DNA of 64,000 nt from Chitinophagales bacterium (GCA_038249665.1 JBBSDF010000006.1:17685-81684); one strand, 5' to 3'; positions 1-10,490 are shown, counted from the stretch's first letter. Notes: generated by a model not told the origin, from the sequence alone. Numbers and translations: made by a program.

Positions 1-104
1 GTTGCCGGTTGGTATTTTCGAATCTAAAGCCATCATGGTCAGTTGATTTTTGTTGAATAGTTTTTAGTTATCATTAGAGTAACAAATGAACGGATATTTT
101 GGTT

Positions 105-773
105 CTACGAGATCCATCCAAAATACAAAGCAACCGGCATCAATGCAAATAAGAGGCAAATGATGGCGCTGTAACCTGTTCCCAACGCATGAATGATGGG
201 GGTGTATTTCTTATGATGGATACCCATTGTTTGAAAGGCACTTTGAAAACCATGGTACAAATGCCAGAATAATGAAATAACACCAATCAAATAAAGTACA
301 ACAATATACCACTCACTAAACACGGCTTTCATTTCCTCATAAAGGTTGTGAGGTTGATCGCCACCGTACAATGCTATTTTGGTCCCCACAAAAAAGTGTG
401 ACATATGCATGATTAAAAAAAGCAGCAATAAAGTTCCCAGTATACCCATACTGCGGCTGTACCATTTGCTGTTTTTTTCTGCTTTTTCTACATAATATTT
501 TACGGGACGTGCGTCTGTATTTTGTTTCCAAAGTTTAAAACCTTGAACGATGTGCAAAATAAGACCTGCCATTAAGCCAATTTCCAGAAAACGAATGATC
601 CAGTTGTGACTCATAAAATGGGCGAAGGTGTTAAAGGTTTCTCCTCCGTCGTTTAAAAAAATTGCAGCATTTACGCCTGCGTGCACTATCAAAAATGAAA
701 TCAAAAAAAGGCCAGTCAGACCCATTGAAAACTTTTTGCCAATTGAAGAAGTAAAAAACTGATTCCAGGTCAT
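105..773 (-). CDS. sdhC: Succinate dehydrogenase/fumarate reductase cytochrome b subunit
   Basis: Five-TM protein with SSIGKK..MGLTGLFL start and His heme ligands (LIVH, LILH, IMHMSHF, WHLYHGF); ATG at 773 (MTWNQ) preferred over the GTG at 806. Confidence 0.85.
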   Translation of the reverse strand: MTWNQFFTSSIGKKFSMGLTGLFLISFLIVHAGVNAAIFLNDGGETFNTFAHFMSHNWIIRFLEIGLMAGLILHIVQGFKLWKQNTDARPVKYYVEKAEKNSKWYSRSMGILGTLLLLFLIMHMSHFFVGTKIALYGGDQPHNLYEEMKAVFSEWYIVVLYLIGVISLFWHLYHGFQSAFQTMGIHHKKYTPIIHALGTGYSAIICLLFALMPVALYFGWIS

Positions 774-886
774 AAATGTCAGAATATTATAAAAAAATAT
801 TTTCACAAAAATACGTCACAAAGCCAAAATAAAACGTTTTGGCGAAAATTTATTTAGTTGGAGATCATGGGTTTAAACAAACACAT

Positions 887-1453
887 TTATATATCCAGCC
901 TTTTGTTCATCAACTGTTGTATGGTTTGAAAAATGAGTTCTGGTTTCAAGGTGCGCCATTGTTCCATTTCCATCAGTTGTGCATAATGGGTAAGACGGGC
1001 TCTTTTAAAATCATATTTACTTTGTTCCGGCATATTTAAAATGACCACCCATCCATTGTCGTCTTCTAGTTGTTCATGCCATTCTTCATAGTAGCTATCG
1101 TCGCTGCTGTGAAAATTGAGGACATTTTCTGCAATCAATATGAAATGTGTAATTCCTTTTTTATACAAGATATCGGTGATATTTCTTCGCAAAGTCATGA
1201 TATCATTTTCGATGGCATCGTTCCATTCTCCTAATAATTCGATGATGGCAAATTGTAATTCATAATCTGCATAAAGAATTTTCAAGTAAAGGGTCTTACT
1301 TCCAAATTCATCCCACTGTGGGTGTATGTAATAATTATATAATGTTTGTGAATATTCGAATTCACTGTAGGTTCTTCCGAAAAATGGAGAGCGTTCGTCT
1401 TCTTCGGACGTGTACATGTGGCGCCAATTATAATATGGTTCGATATTTTGCAT
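887..1453 (-). CDS. Conserved Bacteroidota hypothetical protein
   Basis: 188-aa ORF with ATG start; IEPYYNWR / GEWNDAIENDIM pattern recalled from a Bacteroidetes family of unknown function. Confidence 0.7.
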   Translation of the reverse strand: MQNIEPYYNWRHMYTSEEDERSPFFGRTYSEFEYSQTLYNYYIHPQWDEFGSKTLYLKILYADYELQFAIIELLGEWNDAIENDIMTLRRNITDILYKKGITHFILIAENVLNFHSSDDSYYEEWHEQLEDDNGWVVILNMPEQSKYDFKRARLTHYAQLMEMEQWRTLKPELIFQTIQQLMNKRLDI

Positions 1454-1569
1454 AAAAAATAGAACTGTAATTTTTACAAAACTCCTGAAATAAGCCCAAA
1501 GAAAATACAGTGAAATTTGTTAATTTATAGTTACTATCTGTGATCAACAAAATGGAGGCTCTCCTGAAA

Positions 1570-2214
1570 TCAAGGGTTAGGTATTGTTAGCTTCACCGTA
1601 TAGATTTCATACAATATTTTTAGCAAACAAAGGATGCTGATCATCCAAATGGCCCCATAGCCAGCAGTATCATCTTCTTTAAAGAGAAAGGCCGCACCAA
1701 AAGATCCGATAATAATTGCGATGTGCATGACTATTTGTCGACCATCAAAAATTGCGGTGTAATACTTTGGATTGTCGTAGAAATATGCCTGATTCATAAA
1801 GTAAAATTTTATCAGGTAAAAGGTTTGGTTCACAACAATCAATATCAGCGCAAGATTGAACAAGATATCTTGAAAAAAAATGCTTCCTAACGTTTCCAGG
1901 CCTCTTCCCTTACTACCTAATATACCTATAAACACAATGATGAAAATAGAATAAAATAAAAAGATACCTATGCGCGCAAACAGGTATCTGACCGACATGA
2001 ATTTGTTGTATTTCTTACCGGTAGAAGAAAAGGGTTGATCCGCAGGATTGTTCTGTGCAAAAAAAATGCGGATGGCGTTGAACAGAGCAATGATGAGCGT
2101 TTCTACCCAGAACAACCAAAACATTTCAAAGGGAGCCCAGCCGTAAAACGCCACGCCCACTATAGGAATACAATTCAATAAGATAATGGGAATTTTGCTG
2201 TTAGTTGGGGTCAT
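1570..2214 (-). CDS. DUF6498-like membrane protein
   Basis: Multi-TM ORF; N-terminal LNCIPIVGVAFYGW..LFWVE and RQIVMHIAII motifs resemble DUF6498. Confidence 0.6.
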   Translation of the reverse strand: MTPTNSKIPIILLNCIPIVGVAFYGWAPFEMFWLFWVETLIIALFNAIRIFFAQNNPADQPFSSTGKKYNKFMSVRYLFARIGIFLFYSIFIIVFIGILGSKGRGLETLGSIFFQDILFNLALILIVVNQTFYLIKFYFMNQAYFYDNPKYYTAIFDGRQIVMHIAIIIGSFGAAFLFKEDDTAGYGAIWMISILCLLKILYEIYTVKLTIPNP

Positions 2215-2286
2215 TGTATTTGCAATATAAAATATATTTCACATCACACAAGTATCCTAAGCTAACCTGTTTGACCTTTAGAGATT

Positions 2287-2793
2287 TTAAGGGCCCCAGA
2301 AATTAGATACCCAAAGTATCGCCAATGCCAGAAGTATGATTACCCGAATGCCAAACCCAACCCATGCCCATTTTACCCTGTTTTTCTTTTTTTCATCTTT
2401 GATCAAATATGCAACGAGAATTCCCAACAATCCGCCGATAAATCCTAGTGCAAAACCACCTCCATCAAATCCTGGTTTAACCGCTGGATCATCTTCTGGG
2501 TCTTGAAGGCGCACCGCGATTTTTCCATCTGCATCTATCATTTTATTCAACTTCTTTTGTACGACTTTAAAAGAAATAGATTGCAAATGATTCATTTTTC
2601 TTCCAGTTTTTTGTTGCAGTTCTTGCTTGCTGATGTGGGAAAGTTCGAACAAGGATAGTTTGTTTCCGTTTTCATCCAGTGGAAAAAAATACTGTTTAGC
2701 ATCTATTGTGTGATAACCCGGACGATTCGGTTTTGCTGCATGTACACTTAGTAAAAATAAACAACCAAGTAGGGCAATGGCACTTTTCTTCAT
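2287..2793 (-). CDS. Hypothetical exported/membrane protein
   Basis: Signal-peptide-like N-terminus, two C-terminal hydrophobic helices. Confidence 0.65.
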   Translation of the reverse strand: MKKSAIALLGCLFLLSVHAAKPNRPGYHTIDAKQYFFPLDENGNKLSLFELSHISKQELQQKTGRKMNHLQSISFKVVQKKLNKMIDADGKIAVRLQDPEDDPAVKPGFDGGGFALGFIGGLLGILVAYLIKDEKKKNRVKWAWVGFGIRVIILLALAILWVSNFWGP

Positions 2794-2880
2794 TCGACGG
2801 TTTTATGTTGATTAGGTAAAATGATTCTTACAAAATTAAGTAGGCTTGATACCCAATTTTGCGATTGGGTATCATAGTTG

Positions 2881-2911
2881 AAAAAAAGAGGCTGTTTCCC
2901 AACAGCCTCTT
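2881..2911 (-). terminator. Intrinsic terminator after the T9SS protein gene
   Basis: aagaggctgtt/aacagcctctt 11-bp stem with a T-run on the minus strand. Confidence 0.75.
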
Positions 2912-2937
2912 ACTTATTAACCCAAGAATATTGTGCA

Positions 2938-4197
2938 TTATTGAATGATGATTTTTTCTTTAAATAATATTTGTTTTCCTTCATCTACTACGGTTACAAA
3001 ATACATTCCTTTTGCCGGGCGACTTTTCAACTGAATGTTTTCTATCTGCTGAACTTTGCCCACATTCACTTTTTCAGTTTGTAAAACCCTTCCACTCAAA
3101 TCTGTTAATGTAATGTGGAAGTTTCCCGCTTTTTGTGCGTCGAAAAACACGTTAAAATTATTAGATGTAACGGGATTGGGGTAAACTCTTTGATCTGCAT
3201 TTCCGAAAGTATTGGCCGGAAGTGCCGCTGCAGTTAATGAGTTTTGTCTGGCTGCATCTGCTTCTTTTTGGAACAATAAGTTGCCGTTGGCTAAATCAGA
3301 TGCGTTGTACGTTTTATCACTGCCTTCTATTGGTGTAGCTTTAAGATCTGTTAAAGTAAGTTTATAATAACCTGCAAAAACGTTGGCGCTTCCTACCACT
3401 ATTTCTCCTGCTTCATTCACTGCGGCTGCATTCGTAGTGAAGTTATTCGGCAAATTGGTGATGGCTCCCAGATGAGTTGATACCCTGCTGTTGATGTCGA
3501 TTACAAACACATGATGATTGGCAGAAACGACGTATAATTTACCAAATGCATCTGCCAGCATATCGCCTCCCCAACTGGTACATTTATTATGAATAGAAAT
3601 ACCATTATTTTTTTCATCATCTATCAAATTGCCTAAATCTGTGATCACTGGTTTTTTACCAGTAGTAAATTTGATAAAATGATTGCCATCATTAGTGAGT
3701 GCATATCCATTGCCATCCGCTGCAATTACCATGCGGGTAATATGCGTGGCTTCGTCGATAGAAGGACCAAAGTCAATCACAGGAGATGTTGCAGTATAGA
3801 ACTGAGGCGTTTCATTTTTGATGTTGAGATCTAACCAACGCAGTTCACCCACGCGCATGGGTGTAAAAAATAATTTATTACTTCTACGATCAAAAGCCGC
3901 CGCTGCTACCATTGAACCTGTTGGATAATCTTTTGACTGAAAAATATTTCCGTTCTCAGCAGATGAAGCTGTACTAACTTTTTTTGAATTCACATCCGTG
4001 AGTACAAAATTTGTTTTGCTTCTTTGAAATAGGGTTTGTGTAATTAGGCCGGTGCTGAGATCAACCTGACGGATGTTCATCCATACATGGTCCTGGTTTC
4101 CATCACTGGTAATGGCGTATGCTTTGTTGGCTGTTTGTGCATTTGCGGAAGACGCCACTAAAAAAAGTGCAGAAGAGAGTAAAATTTTGTAGTTCAT
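2938..4197 (-). CDS. T9SS type A sorting domain protein (probable beta-propeller)
   Basis: Signal peptide (ANA-Q), beta-rich repeats, C-terminal VYPNP...DLSGR...KGMYFV T9SS CTD. Confidence 0.8.
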   Translation of the reverse strand: MNYKILLSSALFLVASSANAQTANKAYAITSDGNQDHVWMNIRQVDLSTGLITQTLFQRSKTNFVLTDVNSKKVSTASSAENGNIFQSKDYPTGSMVAAAAFDRRSNKLFFTPMRVGELRWLDLNIKNETPQFYTATSPVIDFGPSIDEATHITRMVIAADGNGYALTNDGNHFIKFTTGKKPVITDLGNLIDDEKNNGISIHNKCTSWGGDMLADAFGKLYVVSANHHVFVIDINSRVSTHLGAITNLPNNFTTNAAAVNEAGEIVVGSANVFAGYYKLTLTDLKATPIEGSDKTYNASDLANGNLLFQKEADAARQNSLTAAALPANTFGNADQRVYPNPVTSNNFNVFFDAQKAGNFHITLTDLSGRVLQTEKVNVGKVQQIENIQLKSRPAKGMYFVTVVDEGKQILFKEKIIIQ

Positions 4198-4264
4198 AAG
4201 AGCATATTTAAGTTTAATTGAATACTCTAATTTACAATTAATGGTTATATGAAAAAATTAAATT

Positions 4265-5080
4265 TTAAGAGCGGTAGTTTTCCATGGCTTTTTTCACTGT
4301 ACCGTGTTTTAAAAGAAGATTTTTGGCCAGATCGTAATCTGTTAGGTGTAAGTTTTGCATCACCATTTTTACGCCCCGATCTACTAGTTTATCGTTGCTG
4401 AGTTGCATGTTTACCATCTTGTTATCTTCTACCCTGCCCAGTTGAATCATGACGCTGGTGGATATCATATTAAGAACCAGTTTCTGTGCTGTACCGCTCT
4501 TCATTCTGGTACTACCAGTTACAAATTCCGGGCCTACCACTAATTCTATGGCATAATCTGCAGCAACACTGATAGGTGCATCGGGGTTGCAACTGATGCT
4601 TCCGGTGATGATCCCATTTTCGCGGCATTTTTCCAAAGCTGCAATTACATATGGCGTAGTGCCACTTGCGGCAATACCCACTACCACATCTTTTGTATTG
4701 ATTTTATATGCTTGTAAGTCTTGCCAGCCTTGTGTAGTATCATCTTCTGCAAATTCTACTGCTTCGGTAATGGCTTTGTTACCTCCAGCAATAATGCCAA
4801 TCACCAGGCCATAGGGCACGCCAAAGGTTGGTGGACATTCACTTGCATCAATAATACCAAGTCTGCCGCTGGTGCCCGCGCCAATATAAAAAAGCCGGCC
4901 ACCCATCAGCATTTTGTCTGATACAGCTTGCACCAATGCTTCAATTTGAGGAATTTGTTGGGCGATGATCGCTGGAACACTGTCATCTTCTTTGTTGATA
5001 TTCCTGAGAATTTCAAAGATCGACATTTGATCAAGGTGCCTGTAATGAGAATCCGTTTCTGTTATTTTCTTAAATGCCAT
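4265..5080 (-). CDS. murQ: N-acetylmuramic acid 6-phosphate etherase
   Basis: GAGTSGRLG, DASECPPTFG and GPEFVTGSTRMKSGTAQKLVLNM motifs. Confidence 0.95.
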   Translation of the reverse strand: MAFKKITETDSHYRHLDQMSIFEILRNINKEDDSVPAIIAQQIPQIEALVQAVSDKMLMGGRLFYIGAGTSGRLGIIDASECPPTFGVPYGLVIGIIAGGNKAITEAVEFAEDDTTQGWQDLQAYKINTKDVVVGIAASGTTPYVIAALEKCRENGIITGSISCNPDAPISVAADYAIELVVGPEFVTGSTRMKSGTAQKLVLNMISTSVMIQLGRVEDNKMVNMQLSNDKLVDRGVKMVMQNLHLTDYDLAKNLLLKHGTVKKAMENYRS

Positions 5081-5094
5081 ACCCGTGCATGTCT

Positions 5095-5937
5095 TTATTG
5101 TTGATGATATTTTATCAATCCTTCCATTGGCTGCTTCAAAACCTTTCCCAGTTCTAATTCGTAGGAACTACAAAGGTCTTTTAAAACATCTTTAAACCCA
5201 AAGGCAATGCCACCAATGAAATGGATGGGCATCGTCCAACTTTCTCTATATTTATAAATGTGGTTAAAAAAAAAGTCGTTGAGACCATCTTCAATGATGT
5301 TTTCGATCATATAATGTCCCCTGTTTTCTGCTAAAAAAATAGCATAACTAGCCAAATACCTATTGGGCAGTGGGTTTTTGTACACAGCTTCTAAAATTTC
5401 TACCGAATTGGTATTGAATTTGGCTTTGAAGCGTTCCATCAGGTCTTCATCAAAAGTATTGTACAAAAAATACTGGATTACTTTTTTACCCATATAGGCC
5501 CCGCTCCCTTCGTCGCCCAACACGTAGCCGAGGCCTGGACTGTTTTTTACAATTTTTTTGCCATTGTAATAACAAGAATTGCTTCCGGTTCCCAAAATGC
5601 AGGCAACGCCTTTTTCATGTCCACACAGCGCTTTGGCAGCACCCATCAAATCGTGGTCTACATTTATTTTTGACGATTTAAAATGCCTTTTAATGGCTTT
5701 TTTGACGATGATAGCATTGGCCGGATTGCTACAGCCTGTTCCGTAAAAATAAATTTCCACTGGGACGGCGCCTTTCATTTTAGGCAACAGCTCTTTGAGC
5801 AATACATCACTGATTTGATCTTCATTTAAAAAGTACGGACTCAGCCCTTGGGTAGTTACTTTCTTTTTTTTATTATCCTGCAGCAGGCACCATTCTGTTT
5901 TGGTAGAACCACTATCTGCTATCAAAATCGATTTCAT
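5095..5937 (-). CDS. BadF/BadG/BcrA/BcrD-type N-acetylglucosamine kinase
   Basis: ADSGSTKTEW, ILGTGSN and LGDEGSG ASKHA kinase motifs; co-oriented with murQ. Confidence 0.85.
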   Translation of the reverse strand: MKSILIADSGSTKTEWCLLQDNKKKKVTTQGLSPYFLNEDQISDVLLKELLPKMKGAVPVEIYFYGTGCSNPANAIIVKKAIKRHFKSSKINVDHDLMGAAKALCGHEKGVACILGTGSNSCYYNGKKIVKNSPGLGYVLGDEGSGAYMGKKVIQYFLYNTFDEDLMERFKAKFNTNSVEILEAVYKNPLPNRYLASYAIFLAENRGHYMIENIIEDGLNDFFFNHIYKYRESWTMPIHFIGGIAFGFKDVLKDLCSSYELELGKVLKQPMEGLIKYHQQ

Positions 5938-6071
5938 CGCATTGGTATTTGAGCGGGTAAGTTAAAACAATCCCGCCAAAAGGTATAAAAAAATACAGTT
6001 TAAGCAACAAAAAATTACCTTCGCTGCGTATTCAGTAAATCTGAAATAGTCATTCAATATTCACACGCAAC

Positions 6072-7667
6072 ATGCAAAAAAAGAAAATAAATATCTGGCA
6101 ACCCTTATTATTCAGCGTCACTATGATTGCGGGTATGTTCATCGGTTATAAAATGAGGGATGGAATACCCGGAAGGTCTTTTTTTTACCTCGAGCACAAA
6201 CGTCCTTTGCAGGAAGTGATGGATATTATCCAAAACCGATATGTTGATACGGTCAACCTGAATACATTGGCAGACACTGCCATACAAGCTATGTTATCTA
6301 AATTAGATCCGCACTCTGTTTATTTACCTGCCGAAGATCTGCAAGCTGCCAATGAAGATATCCAAGGTAATTTTTTTGGGATCGGAATCGAATTTAATAT
6401 TTTGGAAGATACTTTGCATGTTATCAATGTGTTGAAAGACAGTCCATCATTTATTGCAGGGTTAATGGTGGGCGACAAGATCATCAAAGCAAACGACAGC
6501 ACCGTTAGTGGAAAAAAAGTGGGTACCGAAACCATTCGCAAATACCTCCGCGGACCAATGGGTAGCAACGTAGCACTGCAAATCATTCGTTCAGGGAAAG
6601 CAATGACTGTGACGGTTAAGCGGGGGATCATTCCCGTAAGCAGCATTGATGCGGCCTTTATGATGGATGCCAGCACAGGTTTCATTCGCATCAATAAATT
6701 CAGTAAACAAACTTATCGTGAGTTTATGTTGAGTTTAGAAGATTTAAAGAAAAAAGGATTGCAAAAACTGATCCTTGACCTGAGAGACAATGGCGGTGGT
6801 ATTTTGGATGAAGCTGTAGAAATTGCGGATGAATTTTTAACTGGCGACAAACTGATTACTTACACCAAAGGTAATCATTCCGACAAAAAGGAATATCGCT
6901 GCCGGCGCGAAGGCGGTTTCGAAAAAGGTGCTTTGGTGGTATTGGCAAACGAAGGCAGCGCCAGCGCCAGTGAAGTATTGATGGGCGCTTTGCAAGATTG
7001 GGACAGGGCAACGATTGTGGGTAGACGCAGTTTTGGAAAAGGTTTGGTACAAGAGCAATATGACCTGAGCAACGGCGCTGGATTGCGGCTTACCGTGGCT
7101 CGTTATTATACCCCTGTAGGAAGAAGTATTCAAAAACCTTATGCCAACGGCGGCAAAGCTTATTATGATGAAATTTACAACAGGTACACCAATGGCTCGA
7201 TGATGAACGCCGATAGTGCTAAGCTGGATAGCAGCAAAGTATTCAAAACCAAAGCCGGTAAAAAAATATACGGTAACGGGGGTATTTCTCCTGATATTTT
7301 TGTTGCTGCAGACACTGGTAAAATAAGTGCCTTGGCTTCAAAATTGTTTCGAAGCAATGTAATGAACGATTTTGGTTATCGTTATTTTTTGCAGCATCCA
7401 TCCTTAAAAACAAATTTTAAAACGCCCGCTGCATTCTCCACAAATTTTATTTGGGGTGAGGAGGAATGGCAATTTTTAGAAAAGTTGGCCTCAAAAGATT
7501 CTCTTAACATTAATCAATTGGTGCCAGGCGACAAGGCATTCATCATTCAAACCGGAAAGGCTTCCATCGCCCGTCAATTATTTAGGTTGGAAGGATATTA
7601 CCGGGTGATGAATAAAGAAGATGAACACGTTAAACGAGCGAATGAAATTATAAGCCAGGCTAACTGA
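6072..7667 (+). CDS. S41 family C-terminal processing peptidase (PDZ + S41)
   Basis: LDPHS, GIGIEF PDZ loop, DLRDNGGG, SASASE, SFGKGLVQ. Confidence 0.92.
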   Translation: MQKKKINIWQPLLFSVTMIAGMFIGYKMRDGIPGRSFFYLEHKRPLQEVMDIIQNRYVDTVNLNTLADTAIQAMLSKLDPHSVYLPAEDLQAANEDIQGNFFGIGIEFNILEDTLHVINVLKDSPSFIAGLMVGDKIIKANDSTVSGKKVGTETIRKYLRGPMGSNVALQIIRSGKAMTVTVKRGIIPVSSIDAAFMMDASTGFIRINKFSKQTYREFMLSLEDLKKKGLQKLILDLRDNGGGILDEAVEIADEFLTGDKLITYTKGNHSDKKEYRCRREGGFEKGALVVLANEGSASASEVLMGALQDWDRATIVGRRSFGKGLVQEQYDLSNGAGLRLTVARYYTPVGRSIQKPYANGGKAYYDEIYNRYTNGSMMNADSAKLDSSKVFKTKAGKKIYGNGGISPDIFVAADTGKISALASKLFRSNVMNDFGYRYFLQHPSLKTNFKTPAAFSTNFIWGEEEWQFLEKLASKDSLNINQLVPGDKAFIIQTGKASIARQLFRLEGYYRVMNKEDEHVKRANEIISQAN

Positions 7668-7844
7668 TTTTCTGGAGTATTATTTCTTAATTCTTATTTT
7701 AATTTTGCGCATTCCTGTGTGGTGCTTTCGTTATTAATTCATTCCAATGGTGCTTGATCTTCCTTTTTTGATTCACGAGAACTTCTGTTTTGTATAAACC
7801 TCCTCCAGCAGAAATGTGTATCTTGCGCCCAAAATTGCAATCAT

Positions 7845-9200
7845 ATGTGGCTCAACAACATTTTGGAAACGATTGGAGATACTCCGCTCATTCAACTGAA
7901 TAAAATCACTAAAAACTTGCCTTGCACCGTCTTAGCCAAGGTTGAATATTTTAATCCTGGCAATTCCATCAAAGATCGCATGGCACTTAAAATGCTGGAA
8001 GTGGCAGAAAAAGAAGGTAAAATAAAACCAGGCGGAACCATTATTGAAGGAACCAGTGGAAATACCGGAATGGGACTAGCACTCGCCGCTTGTGTAAAAG
8101 GATACAAATGTATTTTTACCACCACCGACAAACAAAGTAAAGAGAAAGCAGATATTTTAAAAGCGGTCGGCGCCGAAGTAATTGTTTGTCCGACCAACGT
8201 AGAACCCGAAGATCCCCGCTCCTATTATTCTGTTTCGAAAAGATTGGCCACCGAAGTGCCCAATAGCTGGTATGTAAACCAATATGATAATTTGGCCAAC
8301 AGACAGGCGCACTACGAACAAACCGGCCCGGAAATTTGGGAACAAACCGAAGGCAAAGTAACGCACCTGGTAGTAGCCACCGGAACCGGTGGTACCATTG
8401 TGGGAACGGGTAAATACCTGAAAGAAAAAAATTCAAACATTAAAGTGTGGGCCATCGATAGTTATGGTTCTTTGCTCAAAAAATATTTTGAAACCGGAGA
8501 GCTTGATCAGAAAGAAGTGTATCCCTACATCAGTGAAGGATTTGGAGAAGACTTTGTGCCGGAGAACTATGACATGAGTGTAATAGATGCGTTTACAAAA
8601 GTGACCGATAAAGATGGTGCAGTAATGGCCAGAAGAATTGCGAAGGAAGAGGGAATGTTTTGCGGTTACAGCGCTGGCAGTTGTTTGCAAGGTGTGTTTA
8701 ACCTAAAAGACCAATTGAAAAAAGACGACGTAGTAGTGTGCATTTTTCACGACCATGGAAGCAGGTATATTGGAAAAGTGTATAATGATGAATGGATGAT
8801 GGAAAGAGGTTTTTTAGAAGTAAAAACTTTTAAAGACCTTACCAGTGGAAGAGGAACGCAAAAGACCATCTGTATAACATCCCAACAAACCGTATTGGAA
8901 GCGATTGAGCTGATGAAGAAATATGACATCGAAAATGTGCCGGTATTTGACCATGGCAATAATGTAGGAGCCATTTCTGAAAGTGGTTTGTTTACCAAAA
9001 TTTTGAACAATGCAGATATTAAAACTGCGTTGGTAGCTGAAGTAATGGAAAAAGCCTATCCGGAAGTAGCATTTGAAACACCTGTAGAGCGTTTGAGTGC
9101 TTTCATAAATAAAGAAAATGGCGCGGTTTTAAGCAAAGATGACAGTGGTTTCTATCACATTGTGACCAAATACGATATCATTCAGAGTTTGACCAAATGA
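7845..9200 (+). CDS. Cystathionine beta-synthase / PLP-dependent cysteine synthase family with C-terminal CBS domains
   Basis: FNPGNSIKDR (PLP lysine), GTSGNTG, GTGGT, C-terminal CBS pair. Confidence 0.9.
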   Translation: MWLNNILETIGDTPLIQLNKITKNLPCTVLAKVEYFNPGNSIKDRMALKMLEVAEKEGKIKPGGTIIEGTSGNTGMGLALAACVKGYKCIFTTTDKQSKEKADILKAVGAEVIVCPTNVEPEDPRSYYSVSKRLATEVPNSWYVNQYDNLANRQAHYEQTGPEIWEQTEGKVTHLVVATGTGGTIVGTGKYLKEKNSNIKVWAIDSYGSLLKKYFETGELDQKEVYPYISEGFGEDFVPENYDMSVIDAFTKVTDKDGAVMARRIAKEEGMFCGYSAGSCLQGVFNLKDQLKKDDVVVCIFHDHGSRYIGKVYNDEWMMERGFLEVKTFKDLTSGRGTQKTICITSQQTVLEAIELMKKYDIENVPVFDHGNNVGAISESGLFTKILNNADIKTALVAEVMEKAYPEVAFETPVERLSAFINKENGAVLSKDDSGFYHIVTKYDIIQSLTK

Positions 9201-9238
9201 TCGTTTCGAAATTATACGATAGTCATAATATATAGATC

Positions 9239-9271
9239 AGTGCTGCATTGTGACCGATGTAGCACTTTTTT
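9239..9271 (+). terminator. Intrinsic terminator of the cbs gene
   Basis: agtgctgcat/atgtagcact stem (one G-U) followed by a T-run. Confidence 0.75.
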
Positions 9272-9297
9272 ATGCTCATCATTTGTTGATGGCCATA

Positions 9298-9432
9298 CGT
9301 AGAATTACGCATAACTGAATCGGAACTACCCCCGCTTTTTTACCGGTAATGTACGAGTGCGACAGTAATTCTATATGTGTTAAAAAAGAGCAAAGACGCT
9401 ATTGTTTAGCGACATAAAGCATTGCATCTTTG
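9298..9432 (+). promoter_or_regulatory. Promoter of ncRNA unit A with conserved upstream elements
   Basis: CGTA-N4-TACG 9298-9309; TACGA-N6-CAGTAATT 9352-9370; TTG 9402-9404; 20-bp spacer; CATCTTTG 9425-9432 (variant of the Bacteroidota -33/-7 TTTG/TAnnTTTG promoter). Confidence 0.7.
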
Positions 9433-9436
9433 CGTC

Positions 9437-10000
9437 AGAAGTTGATTGATAGAGATTAAATATCAATCATTGTCCAAAGATCCTAATTAACCCAAAAAGT
9501 GTTTTCCAATATCCAACTAAGAAAAGCTGTAAAATTCAATATCAGTCAACTTCTACTTTTAAAAAGATACATATCGATCATATTTTATCCCTTTGAAAAA
9601 CCAATAAATCAATATCCTGCTTATGCTCTAACAGGCGACGATAGCACCCGTTTTGAAATCCAGTATTTTGAAAAAATCCTTATCCGGTACACAACGAAAA
9701 CCAACCAAAACCAACATCCACATGCCTATGCTGCCAATACAGCGATGATGGCGAAACAAAGAACAACTCAAATCCTGTAAAAGACCAAAAAACCAAGCCA
9801 ATTATCCTACAGCCTATGCTGCCAACCACAGCGATGATGGCAAAGACCGTTTAAACTGAAACCAGGACACATTATTTGCGCCAGCCATAGCTGGTAAAGC
9901 GAAACCAAATCCTGAAAAGCCGATTGCTAACATCAACAATTGGTAAAATTGTAAACTTCCACAGCCTCTTTGCAACAGCAAATTCCTGTGGAAGTTTTTT
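9437..10000 (+). ncRNA. Paralogous structured ncRNA, unit A (about 564 nt)
   Basis: Starts AGAAGTTGATTGATA, complementary to TATCAGTCAACTTCT 9540-9554; three stem-loop modules; CTGAAACCAGGA 3' domain at 9856; ends in a terminator; no conserved ORF. Confidence 0.7.
9953..10000 (+). terminator. Terminator of unit A
   Basis: aaacttccacag/ctgtggaagttt stem plus T-run. Confidence 0.8.
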
Positions 10001-10152
10001 ATAAACGCATTTTTTAAATCAGTTGTTAGCTATTTAACGAATGTAGTCGCATTTCCTACTACAAAATCACGATTACATTCACGACAGATAAATAGCCAAA
10101 ATTCACTAAGAGATTTGCTGATTGTCCTATTTTTTAAGATAATTATACAACC

Positions 10153-10160
10153 CATCTTTG
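10153..10160 (+). promoter_or_regulatory. -7 box of ncRNA unit B
   Basis: CATCTTTG 3 bp before AGAAGTTG, as in the other units. Confidence 0.5.
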
Positions 10161-10163
10161 CAT

Positions 10164-10490
10164 AGAAGTTGAAGAGTATTAACCATCATTAAAATCTTGC
10201 CGGATTGTTATTAGATTCCCAAAAATGAATATTATTAAATGAAGCCCGTTTAAATTCAAATTCTATGAAAACCAAAGGTTTGTATCTCCTTCAACTTCTT
10301 TAATAGTAAAAATTTAAAAATAATATAGTCTTTCAAATTTTGGCGCTAACGCCGCTATCTATTTCATTGCAACGATTTAGATCTTAACCAAGTATTTCGT
10401 CTGAAACCGATAAAACACAAAACATCACCCTCCCTACAAACAATTGGCTTCCGCAGTTTCTGCCACAACAGAAATTGCGGATTTTTTTTT
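10164..10490 (+). ncRNA. Divergent paralogous ncRNA, unit B (about 327 nt)
   Basis: AGAAGTTGAAG 10164-10174 perfectly complementary to CTTCAACTTCT 10289-10299; CTGAAACC at 10401; terminator 10450-10490. Confidence 0.55.
10450..10490 (+). terminator. Terminator of unit B
   Basis: tccgcagtttctg/cagaaattgcgga 13-bp stem (one G-U) plus 9 T. Confidence 0.85.

Noticed and set aside
9499-9780. 93-aa ORF inside unit A, and the short ORFs 11062-11256 and 11904-12098 on the minus strand
   Set aside because: The homologous sequence in the other units is shifted out of frame or contains stops; composition is low-complexity; conservation follows base pairing rather than codons.
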